A DNA stretch of 64,000 nt from a virus. Positions 53,792 through 64,000 of the stretch are shown here, one piece after another; the first letter of the stretch is position 1; each line of letters opens with the position of its first letter. A model generated the notes under the pieces. The model had not been told where the DNA came from, ran no database searches, and saw nothing but the letters and a program-made list of their open reading frames with translations. The position numbers and the translations under genes are program-made. The stretch covers positions 10,741 through 74,740 of the IMG/VR virus record IMGVR_UViG_3300049460_000157. One strand, given 5' to 3'.

Positions 53792-56700
53792 TCAGCCCAG
53801 GACGTTAACCCAGGGATTCATCATCGGCGCATGGAACACCTGCCCCATCCCGAACGAGTGGGTCAACCCGCCATCGATCAGCTTCGTGAAGAAGTTGTCC
53901 CCGAGCGGCGTGCCCACCGAGCCGAACATGTGCGGGATCGGTACCGATGCGGCCAGCAGTGAGTGCACCGGATTGTTGCGCACCATCGACATGGCCACCT
54001 TGGCTGCCCGGATCTTGAAGTTGTAGAACCACAGCAGACCCATCGACTCCAGGTAACCCCGGAAGCGGCCCGGCAGCTTGTCGTAGTTCACGAACTCTTC
54101 GGTCACACGGGAGAGCGCATACTCGCTCGACTTGTTCTGACGTTTCGTCAGATCATCGTAGAGCAGCGCCTTGGCGATGAAGTCCCCGTACTCAACCGAC
54201 TTCTGCAAGCCCTTGAAGAGTGCCGTGTCCTTCGTCACCAGGGCGTAGCGGCCAGCCGTCTTCAACGACTTCGGCAGCTTGTCCACCTGGGCCTCCAGGT
54301 ATGACTGGACCTTGCCCGAGGTCAGGGTCACGTCATCGGAGCCCACACGGGAAGCATCCGAGATGCCGGTGAATTCCCCGGCCTCGATCAGCGGGTGAAT
54401 CGACAGACGTTTGAAATTGTCCTCGATCAGTTGCCACTGGGTGCCGAGCTTACGGGTGGCCACCGGATCATCGGTCGCTGTGCGCATCTGGGCCTCGAGC
54501 TGGATCTGCTGCAAACGGCCCTTCACGTAGAAGTTGGTCTCCACGATCTTGCGCGGTGCGCCCGCCACGATGTGCTTCAGCGGCACACCGCGGCTGGTCA
54601 GCTGCAGGACGTTGCCCAGCATGTTGGTCACCGGCACCACCACCGACTTGACGACGATCAGCGTCTTCGAGTCACCGATGAAGTTCTGCAGCGTCTTCTC
54701 GGCATTGGTGAAATACTGGTAGGCCTTGTTGCCGAACATGCCGATCATCACCCGCTTCAGGTACTCCTGAGTCTCCGGTGACCAGCGGGAATTCCCCGTG
54801 AACACGTCACCCACCGACGCATTCCGGTAGCCCATCGCATCATGCAGCATGTCACGGGAGACATAGAAGTTGTCCCCGAAGACTGCCTTGATACGCTGGC
54901 GGGTTTCCGGCGTCATCAGCTTCACCGCATCAGCGATCACCGGATCCTTCGCCAGTTCACGCGGATCGTTCAGGTTCACATATTCCTTCTGGTTCGAGGC
55001 CGACTCCTTGATGTCAGCCTGATACCGGGCATGCAGCGCATCGATCAGCGCATTGTTGAACTCCTGCGCCTTGGCTTCCTCGACCTGCCGGCCACGCCAC
55101 ACCCCGATCATCTGGGCCAGGTTCTGCCCGGAGACCGTGCGCTGGGCCTGCTCCGGATCCACCGATCGCTCGTAGGCCACCGGCACACCCTTGTCATCGA
55201 AGACAGGCATCAGCGGCTCGGTACCGGACTCGCCCCGTGCCAGATTCAGCGTGGTGCGGGCCACTTCCGCCCGGTCAGTGATACGGCCGGCAACCATCGC
55301 GGAGTTGTTGAAGCCGGTACCGATATCCACCCCGTTCATCGACTGGCGCACGTTCTGGAAAATCCCCTGGTTAAACAGCGTGCGGGAGGAGACCGGCGCG
55401 AAGTAGTAGCCCATGCGACCCTTCAGGCCGTCTGCCGAGCTGCCCTTGTAGTCAGCCACCCGGACGTACGAACGTTCCGTGAGATTCTGGTACTGGGAGT
55501 CATCAGCCACCATCAGGTGCACGCCAGACTTCTGCTGCTCCGGGACGTAACCCTTGAAGCCGTTCAGCTTCGCACGCAGCGACATGTCAGCCTTGCGCTG
55601 CTCTTCCGCACGCTGGCCCACCAGGTAGTCGGTAGCGAACTTCAGACCGGCGCTTTCATTCTGAACCAGGGAAGCCAGTGTGGTCTTCTCGGCCAGGCTG
55701 AGCTGCTCCACCGCGTAGAGCGAAGTCAGATGGTCGATCATCTGGACGAAGTCCGCACCACGGGTTCCCGTCCTGCGGGCCTTCTTCTCACTGAGCAGGC
55801 GGGAGATGGCTTCGGCATTGCGCAGCAGGTTCGTGCCGACCTGACCCGTCATCTGGAACTTCGCCAGCTGCTGCATCTTCTTCTGGTACAGCCCCCAGTT
55901 GGCCGGATCAGCCTGCTGGATCTTCGACTCGAGATCATTGATCGCACGGTCGAGCACCTGCGCATCCCCGAGCATGCCCTGGATCTCTGCGTGGCTGAAG
56001 CCGCTACGCAGTGCAGCAATGTCGGATCGGCCCAGTGCACGGTGCAGGGTTGCCCACTCGCTGTCTTCCAGCACACGACTGAACTGGTCTGCGATGATGC
56101 CCGGCACATGCTCACGATAGTTCTGGCGATCCTGCGAGACTTCCGCACGCACCGCTTTCATCATGTCGTAGACCGGCGCATTCTCACTGGTGCGGCCGAC
56201 GAAGTCATACACGAGGTCATGCAGCGGCTGCCATGCGTTGACCCGGTTCATCATGGTGACGACCGACTCCGTCACCTTGTTGCCATTCTTCTCAGTCGCC
56301 ATCTCGGCCGAGAGCTTGGCATACCAGGCCAGTTTCTTCGCCAGCGGCGAGGACTTCGGATCGTTGATCACCTGCTGCATGTTATCGATGATCCTGTCAG
56401 TCACACGTTCGACGCCCTGCACCACCGTTGCATTGAGCGAGTCAACCGCATCGCCCGCCCACGTCTGGCGCATGAAGGACTCCCGGTTGTGGGCCACTTC
56501 CAGGATGTGCTGCATCAGCGCATCGACGGAGGACAGGACATTCTTCTGGTCCCCGCCACCGGCCAGCGTGTCTGAGAGCTTGCCCATCAGGCCCATACCC
56601 AGGTTCTCGAGCAAGGCATCCAGCCGGCTGCGGGCTGTGGACTTCTCACCCCTGGGCAGATCCATCTTCTGGAGTACCGCACGGAAGTCGTCGTTCGTGA

Positions 56701-59700
56701 TCGCCAGACCCAGGAACATCGGCATCAGTGATGAACGACCTGACTTGTCCGTGGACGTGCCGAAGTCACCCATGATGGTGTTGTACTTCTGCTGGGCCTG
56801 GTACCGGTCAGCCGGATCATTGGCTTCCGGCGCCGTCTTCATGAAGTGCTCGACCGTCAGGTTCTTCGTGACGTGCTGGTACAGCTCCTGCACCTTGGTC
56901 ATCGAGACAGGATCGATATGCGCCTGCGTACCGAGTGCGGCCGCAATCAGCGAGAAGGTGGAGGCGGCCTGCATCGACATCGGGAAACCATGCGCCTGCG
57001 CATTGAGTGCCAGACCGGCCGCCTGCACCTGGGCGAAGTTCTTCTGTGCCCGGTTGGTAGACGTGGAATCCACCGGCTGCGGCTCACGGACAAACGAGTC
57101 CAGCAGGTTGGAGAACGCCTGGTTCACCGCAAGCAGGCGGGAATCCGTGCCGTACTGTGTGCTCTGGTACAGCGCCGTGCTGCGCAGTGCTTCGGCCACG
57201 GACGGCTGCGAGCGCATCAGCACCGCGGAGTTGAACAGCAGGTTGCTGAACATGTCGGTACCCGGCGTGACCGGCACCTTCTTGCGACCGTAGACCAGCT
57301 GCTTGATCCACTGGAAGACCTCACGTGACATCTGAGCCAGGGAGGAAGTCTTCTTGCCCAGGTCAGCCAGATCCTTGTTGGCCAGTGCCCATGCCATGAA
57401 CTCATTCAGCGCTGAAGCACGTCCCTCCGATGTACCAAAGTTCTGGGCATGGATCGCAGCAGATGCATCAGCGTGTGCCTGCTGGGTTGCCAGTGACTCC
57501 CGCGAGACATCGAGATCGAGGAACTGATCCATCAGCGTTTCGATGTTGTGGATCGCTTCGCTCACTGCATCGGCATTCGCACCGCCTGGGTAAGGCGCGT
57601 CGTCAGCACGACCATTGTCGAGTACCTGCGCCTGATAGAACGCATGCACCGTATCGAACGTCGAGGCATGGATGAGCTCATGCGTGAGCGTCTCGCTCGA
57701 CGGATTCAGCAGGTAGATGCGTTGCGAACCCGGCAACGTCAGACCCTTCACACCCTGAGTGAAGGAGATGCCTGTATCGCTGTGGTTGAACGCGAACTTT
57801 GCCAGCTGCTCGGCGGTACCCGAGATCACCTTGTACCCTTTGGCTCCCAGCGAACGCCGGATCTCGTCGAGGATAACGAGCTGGTGCTCGGGGATGTTCG
57901 GCGTGGCGTTAGCCCGGACCTTGCCGATCGCCGTGGGCGAGAGGACACGGACACCGGTTGCCTTGTCCACCCGGCCAAACGAGTTGACCTGCTTCGTGAT
58001 GTCTTCCGACTTCACCGCTTCGGCGTTGGCCTTCGGATCTTCCGGCTGCTCGACGGGAACGCCCGGCTGGACCGGCGCCTCGACCTTGGCCTTCGCACGC
58101 AGCCTGGCCAGCTCCTCGGCGTAGAGATTCGCCAGCTGGGCGGCCTTCTCCTCGTCGGTACCGTTGATCTGGAGCTTGCCCTCAACAACGTGTGGAGCGC
58201 CGGCCGCCGCCATCTGGTCGACCGACAGGTTCACCTGGCCCATCACGTTGTGGCGGGCCTGAACTTCCATGGCATTGTCATCCAGCACCTGGACCATTGC
58301 CGCCATGACCAGATCGAGCGATTTGGCCGAGACCGTTTTCGGATCCGTGCCCAGACCGAACACCGCTTTGGCCAGCTCACCGAAGGTCTTTTCATCGAGC
58401 TGAGCCGAGGAGAACTTCTCCTTGCCAAGGGTATCCATGAACGCACTGTAGGCATCGTGCACAGCGCGCAGTGGATTGCCCTGCCACGAGTTGAGCACTG
58501 CCTCATTGGCGGCCTGGCTCTGCTCCGTGATCGCATCGAGCGGCATGTTCATACCGTCGAAGATCTTCAGCGTGCGCTGCACACGGGGATCGTTGGCCAG
58601 GTTCTGCATCATCTTGCCGTCGCCCATCCCGATGTTCAGGAACGGGATACCCGCCACCCCGGCATTGGCGGGGCCATAGACGAACGCCGGCGAGCGGAAC
58701 TTGCCGTTGAGCGCCCGACCGAAGTCCTCGGCATCGACACCACTGTTCTGCGAACCAGCGATGAAGAAGGACTGGTCCTTCGTCTGAACCAGGGGATGGT
58801 ACGGGGCCAGCGAGTCCATCACTTTCTTCAGTTCATTGGACGACAGGAACTCATCCCGCTTGAAGTTCGGGTCAGTCTTCGCTTTCTCTTCCAGTGCAGC
58901 ATCAACACCCTGGAGGAACAGGTGCTGCATCACGATCGATTGCACCTGAGTGGCCTGACGGATCAGCTTCGTGCTCGACTCCAGATCACCCACCACATCC
59001 CGGATCGCCAGGCGCAGCGGATCGACGAACAGCGTGCGCATGTTCGTGGACATGTTCTTCAGCTCTTCCGGCGTGAAGGTGTACTTGCTGAAGCCAGCGT
59101 CATGGGTCTTGTTCGCCAGCGTAGGCGAGTCGATCCGGAAGTGTGCCTTCTTCTTTGAGCTGTAGACCGCGGAGAACTGCGTCAGCGCTTCAATGTGCTG
59201 GCCGAACTTCGCCCACTTTTCGGCGGCCAGCGGATCATTCGGGAAGAAGGCTTCTGCCGGCGTGATCGATTCTCCGGCCTTCTTTGCATCAGCCATCCGT
59301 TGGGCGGCATCGCTCATGCGCTCATAGATCGCATCCACCATGCCCCTGACCATCTTGGCCGCAATGCCATTGGCGCCCGAGCCGTAGATCGTGATGGTCA
59401 GCGGATTCTTGGCGATGCCCCGGCCGATCACCAGTTTGCCATCCTTGATGTCCAGGTCCGGCAGGAACATGTCCATCAGTTTCATCAGATGGGTCTGCTG
59501 CGTCAGCACCTCCCCGTTTTTCTGGTTCTTCAGGGACGCATTCAGATCCCGCAGGTGCGTGCGCAGGCGATCGATGGTGGCCTGATACAGATCGGCCGCA
59601 CCTTCCGGCGTCGAGCGGATCGCCGCCGAGGTATTGGCCGCCGTGCCGCCGATCTCCAGACCGCCGCGGCGCATGTTGGTCAGCCAGTCAGCCGTGAACG

Positions 59701-62700
59701 GCCCCGTGCTGAGCAGCGCCATCGCATTGACCGGGCCGTTGGTCATGCCGTCCGCTTCGAGGTACTTGCTCGTGGTGAACTTCGCACGCTCTTCTGCAGT
59801 GGCATTCTGGAAGCGGGCATACTCGGTGAGCGCATGCAGAGCCAGGGGAGAGATATCCTGCCCCGCTGCCCGGAAGGCCATCTCGATCGTGCTCGCATCG
59901 AACTGGGCGTCATCCTTGAGCCAGGCCTGGAAGTGCTCGACAGCCGGAGCAAACTCGTTCGACAGCATCGCATTGAGCTTGCTCTGGATGCCATTCTCAC
60001 CGGCATACATCAGGTTGTGCACCTTGATGCCGAGTGCCTGGGCGAGGCCGAGCTCGAACGCCTGCATGTGCTTCGCATCCGTCAGATCCAGCGTCGAACG
60101 GGTCGGCAGCATCACCTCACGGATGAACTTGGTCGACTGCGGGTTGTACTTGCCGAGCATCTGCATACGACCCACCCGGCTCATGTTGTAGCCGTAGTGG
60201 TTCGGGATGTCTTCCACTGCGACACCCGTCTCGCTGGACTGGGCTTCCAGTGCCGAGAGCAGGTTGCCGAACTCCGCATAGGCCGCACGGATGGTCATGT
60301 TCTGACCCACCAGCGATGCCTTGTGGTTGTCATTGAGCTCCCGGCCATCCAGATCACCAGCACCGAACCAGCGAAGCGCAACCGTCTCCGTCATGTCCTG
60401 GTACAGGTTGGCCATCGTCCGGTTCAGGAAGTGCGGCGTGTCGTTCTCGTTCTTCAGGGCCGAGAGCTGGTTGTCCGTGTTCTTCACGTACTCGTTGCGC
60501 ATCTGGCGACGGGCCACATCCGGACGCTGGTCGTCGAAGTAGTAGGTCGGCTCCGGGTTGTTCAGCACGGACTTCTCGATGAGGTCCGGGAACTTGCGCA
60601 TTGCGTCTTCCTTGCCGAGCTTCACCGGGATGATCCGGTTGATCGACTTGTTGTCCGGACCTTCGACCATCAGCGCAGGATCGGTGATCAGACCACCATT
60701 CTCCGAGGTGTTGACCCAGATCGTGTCGGTCGTGATGAGACCATGGTCCTGCATCGCACGCAGGACTTCAGCAGCCATCGACAGGGGAATCCCTTCGGTG
60801 TAACCGATCGGTGCATCGTAGTTGGCCCGCACACCCCAGTATTGCTGGATCTTCGCGGCCAGCGAGTCGAGTGCTTCGACCGTGCCCACGCTGCCCTTCA
60901 GACGGGTCACCAGCGTGTCATCGACGGCGCCCACCGGAATACCCGTGAGCTCAGCCGCATGCGCTGCGTCGAACACATTGCCGAGCTGGCCGGAACCAAG
61001 AAACCAGGTCATGCCGGCGAGCGCCGCACCCTGCAGCAGCTGCTCGTTGTACTGCAACTTGCCGTCAACGTTTTCCGTCAGGTTCAGCAACTTGCCATCG
61101 AGCCAGCGATGGGCGTGGGCAGCTTTGCCTTCCTGGTTCAGGAAGCGCTCACCCACCCGCTTCTCAGTGAGGAACTGGTCAAGGTTCTCCCGCATGGCCT
61201 GCGTGATCGCATCGATCTGGTGGAAGGCTGCCGAGTAGCCGTCCCACACACCCTTGCTGATCTTCGCCGGCAGTGAACGGATAGTCTGCTTCACCGAGTC
61301 AGCAATAGCCTGCACCGGCTCCTCATGTGCCGTGATATTGCTCGGGCTGACACCTTCAGACACACCCTTGGCCGGACTGAATGCGTTGGTGAACTGGTTG
61401 CCGCCTTCCTGTGGCGTGATCAGTTCCGGGTAGACCGCAGCCAGACCTGTCTTTTCCTCTACCGGCTTCACGGTCTCGGTAACTGCATCGGCCTTCACTT
61501 CAGGTTGAGCGGAAGTCTGGGCTACTTCAGCGACAGTGGGCTTATCAACAGGCGCCTTCTCTTCCTTGACAGTGTCGGCCTTGTTGACCGATTCGACTGG
61601 CTTGGCAGGTTCTTTTACTGCATCCTTCGTCTGTGTCGGAGTAACAGTCTGTTTCTGCTCTTGGTTCCCGGACTGAGCTGCGGCAGGCTGGACATCATTC
61701 TGCTTCACTGACCGGGTACCATCCTTGAATTCACGGACCACATCGTCCAGTGAACCTTCAGCCAGACGAGAATCCAGAGAGGTCTGCTTCAGATGCTCAA
61801 CCTTCAGTTCAGGAAACGCCGTGCTCAGGTGGTTGTGGAGATCCGTCAGGAACTTCGACTCACTGGCCACACGCCGGGCCAGTGCCACACTCGCCTTGCT
61901 CGTCGGATTGACGAACACCCCTTCCTTGGACTGATTGAAACTCCGGTCGGCATTGGCCGAGAGGGTGTCGTAGTGCACCGTACTGCGTACACCCGGCTGC
62001 GCCGTTTCCAGATGGGCGTTGACCGCGGCGAGCTTGTTCTGCTGGCTCTGCGCGAACTTCTGGAGGTCGAGCAGCTGGCTGCGGGCACCATCGAGATCAC
62101 CCGCACGATACGCCGCACCAATCACCTTCGCGTGACCCAGTGCGGACTTCTGGAACGGATTCTTCGCGTCTTCCGTGGCCACGTTCTTCGCCACCAGATC
62201 CTGCGGACTTAGCGGCTTGTCACCATTGGCCGTCAGCTCGTCGAAGTGGGCCTTGGCAGCATTGAGCAGGCCAGCGGCCGCCAGCAATGCCCGACGCTGC
62301 GGATCATTCAGACCAACGGTCGTTGCGTGCTTCAGGGCGATCTGCACCGAACCGGCATCCAGCTTCTGCGGCGCCACTTCAGCGATGTTCGCAATCGTCT
62401 TCGCATCAGCCTGACCTTCCGGCGTCTGGATGCGCTCTTCCGTCAGCGGCTTCAGGATCTCCTGGTTCCTGTTGATCAGGCCGACTGTGGCACGATCGGC
62501 ACGGGCCATGCCCGGCGTTGCATCGATCCCCTTGGCGAAGGTCGACACCCGGTCAGCGAACTCACGGGCCACGTGGTCGGCCGGCAGGTCATCGAGTGCA
62601 TGCGGGTTGGCATCGGCAAAGCGGCCGATGTCGGACTTCTCCTGCTCGAGCTGCGCACCGACTGCCAGCCGGTCAGCTTCCGGATGGGCCGTATCCGCCA

Positions 62701-64000
62701 CGAACGACTGCATGCGCTGGATTGCATCGAACCGGTTCGTCGCATCACCGACCACCTGCTGGACAGCCGGATGCCATTGCGACAGTTGCTCCGGTGCCAG
62801 CTCCGTGATCTTCGAGGCCTGATCCAGATAGTCGTTGGCACGGGTCTTCGCTTCATCCGACAGATCCGGCGTGTCGTTGACCGACTGTCGCAGTGCTTCC
62901 GCCTGCCCCGGTGCCTCGGCCTGCATGTCCTGGGCAGCCTGGGCCACCGTGGCATCAGCCACCGGCGAGGCCTTCTCGTTGTGCTTCATGACCGCTTCGC
63001 CACGGTTGGCGAAGTAGTCCGTGACCTTCGAGATATAGGGCTTCACGGCCCCGGCGACTGCACCAAGAGCCGAAGCTGCATTGGCGAGCACACCCGAACC
63101 GTCAACCCCTGATGCAGCGTCCTTTGCAGTGGACAGACCAGCGCGGATCTGGTCCAGTGCAGAAGACACTACAGGGCGGGCAGCGTCCACACCGGCGACG
63201 ACACCCTTGCCGACGAGACTGGCAGCGCCCAGGGCAGCCCGGCCGGTGTTACCTGCTACCACACCCGGTGCTGCGACATGGCCGGCTGCGGCCGCACCGT
63301 AGATCGCTCCCTGAGCCGCCTGCTGGCCGACCGAGTCGAACAGTTCCTGGGCCGGGTTCGCACCTGTGGTGGCTTCAGCGTAGTTCTGTGCCATCTGGCC
63401 AGTAGCGTTCTGCGTGCCCTCCTCGAGCGCTTCCTTGCCCATGTTCTGCAGGGTCGTACGCACACCGCCGATCTTGAACGGATGCGCTTCGAACGGCGCC
63501 ACGAGAGCACCCGTCAGCACACCTACCGGCGCCTGGATCAGACCCGCCTTCATGCCGGCATTGCCTGCCAGCGTGGCCCGTGCATCTTCCGGCGTCATGC
63601 CACCGGCGACCAGCTTGTTGAACTCGGGCGACTGCTGCTTCAGGGTATCGAGATCGGTACCCATCACATCGGCAGCGGTCTGCTGGTACGCACCCCCACC
63701 TTCCATCGCACCGATGGCGAGCGACGCCGGTGCGTACTTCTCGCCGGCCTGCACCGCGGCATCCAGCAGACGGGTAGCTGACATGGTGCCGGCGTTCCGG
63801 GCGACATCAGCACCCAGTGCGACACCGAGCTGCGTGCCCTTCGGAACCAGGGAAGTAATGGCCTTGCCGCCGAGACTGATTGCCTTGGCCATCGGGCCGG
63901 TTGCCAGCAGCGAGCCGACAGCGTTCGCCGTGCCTTCACCGAACTGGGTCGGGTCACTCAGCGAGTTGCCGGCCGAGTCGAGGAAGTTGTGGCCTTCACG
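53792..64000 (-). CDS. virion-encapsidated RNA polymerase (N4 gp50-like), 5' end beyond window
   Basis: More than 3400 codons, frame open to position 64000; RVGRMQM, EADGMTNGP (A), RGIAKNPLTITIYGSG (B), KIFDGM (C); no Cys seen. Confidence 0.96.
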   Translation of the reverse strand, partial: REGHNFLDSAGNSLSDPTQFGEGTANAVGSLLATGPMAKAISLGGKAITSLVPKGTQLGVALGADVARNAGTMSATRLLDAAVQAGEKYAPASLAIGAMEGGGAYQQTAADVMGTDLDTLKQQSPEFNKLVAGGMTPEDARATLAGNAGMKAGLIQAPVGVLTGALVAPFEAHPFKIGGVRTTLQNMGKEALEEGTQNATGQMAQNYAEATTGANPAQELFDSVGQQAAQGAIYGAAAAGHVAAPGVVAGNTGRAALGAASLVGKGVVAGVDAARPVVSSALDQIRAGLSTAKDAASGVDGSGVLANAASALGAVAGAVKPYISKVTDYFANRGEAVMKHNEKASPVADATVAQAAQDMQAEAPGQAEALRQSVNDTPDLSDEAKTRANDYLDQASKITELAPEQLSQWHPAVQQVVGDATNRFDAIQRMQSFVADTAHPEADRLAVGAQLEQEKSDIGRFADANPHALDDLPADHVAREFADRVSTFAKGIDATPGMARADRATVGLINRNQEILKPLTEERIQTPEGQADAKTIANIAEVAPQKLDAGSVQIALKHATTVGLNDPQRRALLAAAGLLNAAKAHFDELTANGDKPLSPQDLVAKNVATEDAKNPFQKSALGHAKVIGAAYRAGDLDGARSQLLDLQKFAQSQQNKLAAVNAHLETAQPGVRSTVHYDTLSANADRSFNQSKEGVFVNPTSKASVALARRVASESKFLTDLHNHLSTAFPELKVEHLKQTSLDSRLAEGSLDDVVREFKDGTRSVKQNDVQPAAAQSGNQEQKQTVTPTQTKDAVKEPAKPVESVNKADTVKEEKAPVDKPTVAEVAQTSAQPEVKADAVTETVKPVEEKTGLAAVYPELITPQEGGNQFTNAFSPAKGVSEGVSPSNITAHEEPVQAIADSVKQTIRSLPAKISKGVWDGYSAAFHQIDAITQAMRENLDQFLTEKRVGERFLNQEGKAAHAHRWLDGKLLNLTENVDGKLQYNEQLLQGAALAGMTWFLGSGQLGNVFDAAHAAELTGIPVGAVDDTLVTRLKGSVGTVEALDSLAAKIQQYWGVRANYDAPIGYTEGIPLSMAAEVLRAMQDHGLITTDTIWVNTSENGGLITDPALMVEGPDNKSINRIIPVKLGKEDAMRKFPDLIEKSVLNNPEPTYYFDDQRPDVARRQMRNEYVKNTDNQLSALKNENDTPHFLNRTMANLYQDMTETVALRWFGAGDLDGRELNDNHKASLVGQNMTIRAAYAEFGNLLSALEAQSSETGVAVEDIPNHYGYNMSRVGRMQMLGKYNPQSTKFIREVMLPTRSTLDLTDAKHMQAFELGLAQALGIKVHNLMYAGENGIQSKLNAMLSNEFAPAVEHFQAWLKDDAQFDASTIEMAFRAAGQDISPLALHALTEYARFQNATAEERAKFTTSKYLEADGMTNGPVNAMALLSTGPFTADWLTNMRRGGLEIGGTAANTSAAIRSTPEGAADLYQATIDRLRTHLRDLNASLKNQKNGEVLTQQTHLMKLMDMFLPDLDIKDGKLVIGRGIAKNPLTITIYGSGANGIAAKMVRGMVDAIYERMSDAAQRMADAKKAGESITPAEAFFPNDPLAAEKWAKFGQHIEALTQFSAVYSSKKKAHFRIDSPTLANKTHDAGFSKYTFTPEELKNMSTNMRTLFVDPLRLAIRDVVGDLESSTKLIRQATQVQSIVMQHLFLQGVDAALEEKAKTDPNFKRDEFLSSNELKKVMDSLAPYHPLVQTKDQSFFIAGSQNSGVDAEDFGRALNGKFRSPAFVYGPANAGVAGIPFLNIGMGDGKMMQNLANDPRVQRTLKIFDGMNMPLDAITEQSQAANEAVLNSWQGNPLRAVHDAYSAFMDTLGKEKFSSAQLDEKTFGELAKAVFGLGTDPKTVSAKSLDLVMAAMVQVLDDNAMEVQARHNVMGQVNLSVDQMAAAGAPHVVEGKLQINGTDEEKAAQLANLYAEELARLRAKAKVEAPVQPGVPVEQPEDPKANAEAVKSEDITKQVNSFGRVDKATGVRVLSPTAIGKVRANATPNIPEHQLVILDEIRRSLGAKGYKVISGTAEQLAKFAFNHSDTGISFTQGVKGLTLPGSQRIYLLNPSSETLTHELIHASTFDTVHAFYQAQVLDNGRADDAPYPGGANADAVSEAIHNIETLMDQFLDLDVSRESLATQQAHADASAAIHAQNFGTSEGRASALNEFMAWALANKDLADLGKKTSSLAQMSREVFQWIKQLVYGRKKVPVTPGTDMFSNLLFNSAVLMRSQPSVAEALRSTALYQSTQYGTDSRLLAVNQAFSNLLDSFVREPQPVDSTSTNRAQKNFAQVQAAGLALNAQAHGFPMSMQAASTFSLIAAALGTQAHIDPVSMTKVQELYQHVTKNLTVEHFMKTAPEANDPADRYQAQQKYNTIMGDFGTSTDKSGRSSLMPMFLGLAITNDDFRAVLQKMDLPRGEKSTARSRLDALLENLGMGLMGKLSDTLAGGGDQKNVLSSVDALMQHILEVAHNRESFMRQTWAGDAVDSLNATVVQGVERVTDRIIDNMQQVINDPKSSPLAKKLAWYAKLSAEMATEKNGNKVTESVVTMMNRVNAWQPLHDLVYDFVGRTSENAPVYDMMKAVRAEVSQDRQNYREHVPGIIADQFSRVLEDSEWATLHRALGRSDIAALRSGFSHAEIQGMLGDAQVLDRAINDLESKIQQADPANWGLYQKKMQQLAKFQMTGQVGTNLLRNAEAISRLLSEKKARRTGTRGADFVQMIDHLTSLYAVEQLSLAEKTTLASLVQNESAGLKFATDYLVGQRAEEQRKADMSLRAKLNGFKGYVPEQQKSGVHLMVADDSQYQNLTERSYVRVADYKGSSADGLKGRMGYYFAPVSSRTLFNQGIFQNVRQSMNGVDIGTGFNNSAMVAGRITDRAEVARTTLNLARGESGTEPLMPVFDDKGVPVAYERSVDPEQAQRTVSGQNLAQMIGVWRGRQVEEAKAQEFNNALIDALHARYQADIKESASNQKEYVNLNDPRELAKDPVIADAVKLMTPETRQRIKAVFGDNFYVSRDMLHDAMGYRNASVGDVFTGNSRWSPETQEYLKRVMIGMFGNKAYQYFTNAEKTLQNFIGDSKTLIVVKSVVVPVTNMLGNVLQLTSRGVPLKHIVAGAPRKIVETNFYVKGRLQQIQLEAQMRTATDDPVATRKLGTQWQLIEDNFKRLSIHPLIEAGEFTGISDASRVGSDDVTLTSGKVQSYLEAQVDKLPKSLKTAGRYALVTKDTALFKGLQKSVEYGDFIAKALLYDDLTKRQNKSSEYALSRVTEEFVNYDKLPGRFRGYLESMGLLWFYNFKIRAAKVAMSMVRNNPVHSLLAASVPIPHMFGSVGTPLGDNFFTKLIDGGLTHSFGMGQVFHAPMMNPWVNVLG

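Overview
Most of the genome of an N4-like podophage (Schitoviridae), about 60% GC by eye and probably infecting a Burkholderiales host. The window is circularly permuted across the genome ends at about 12.3-13.3 kb. The minus strand at 1-12.3 kb carries late genes: portal, nested spanins, GH108 endolysin, holins, tail fibre, tailspike, gp67-like protein, terminase and gp69-like protein. The plus strand at 13.3-53.7 kb carries early and middle genes behind two canonical vRNAP hairpin promoters: gp2/Drc, two-subunit RNAP II, AAA and vWA-metallopeptidase, dCTP deaminase, rIIA/rIIB, helicase, DNA polymerase, primase, SSB and resolvase. The minus strand at 53.8-64 kb carries the giant virion RNA polymerase, cut by the window edge. 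Four things are unusual. (1) A complete plasmid-type maintenance cassette (parA, small partner, HTH Rep, four palindromic iterons, AT-rich region, two perfect DnaA boxes) sits between the two RNAP II subunit genes, and centromere-like periodic tracts are dispersed over the genome, so this looks like a temperate N4-like phage-plasmid. (2) Several promoter/structured-RNA/terminator units lie in intergenic space; the one at 31.5-31.7 kb has the architecture of a retron msr-msd, yet the window has no reverse transcriptase. (3) A three-domain fusion is built on a Gp49/Sf6-gp66 (candidate Acb4-type nucleotide sponge) domain. (4) A 12-bp intergenic motif recurs eight times. All calls come from visual motif recognition and N4 synteny; no database searches or folding programs were run.
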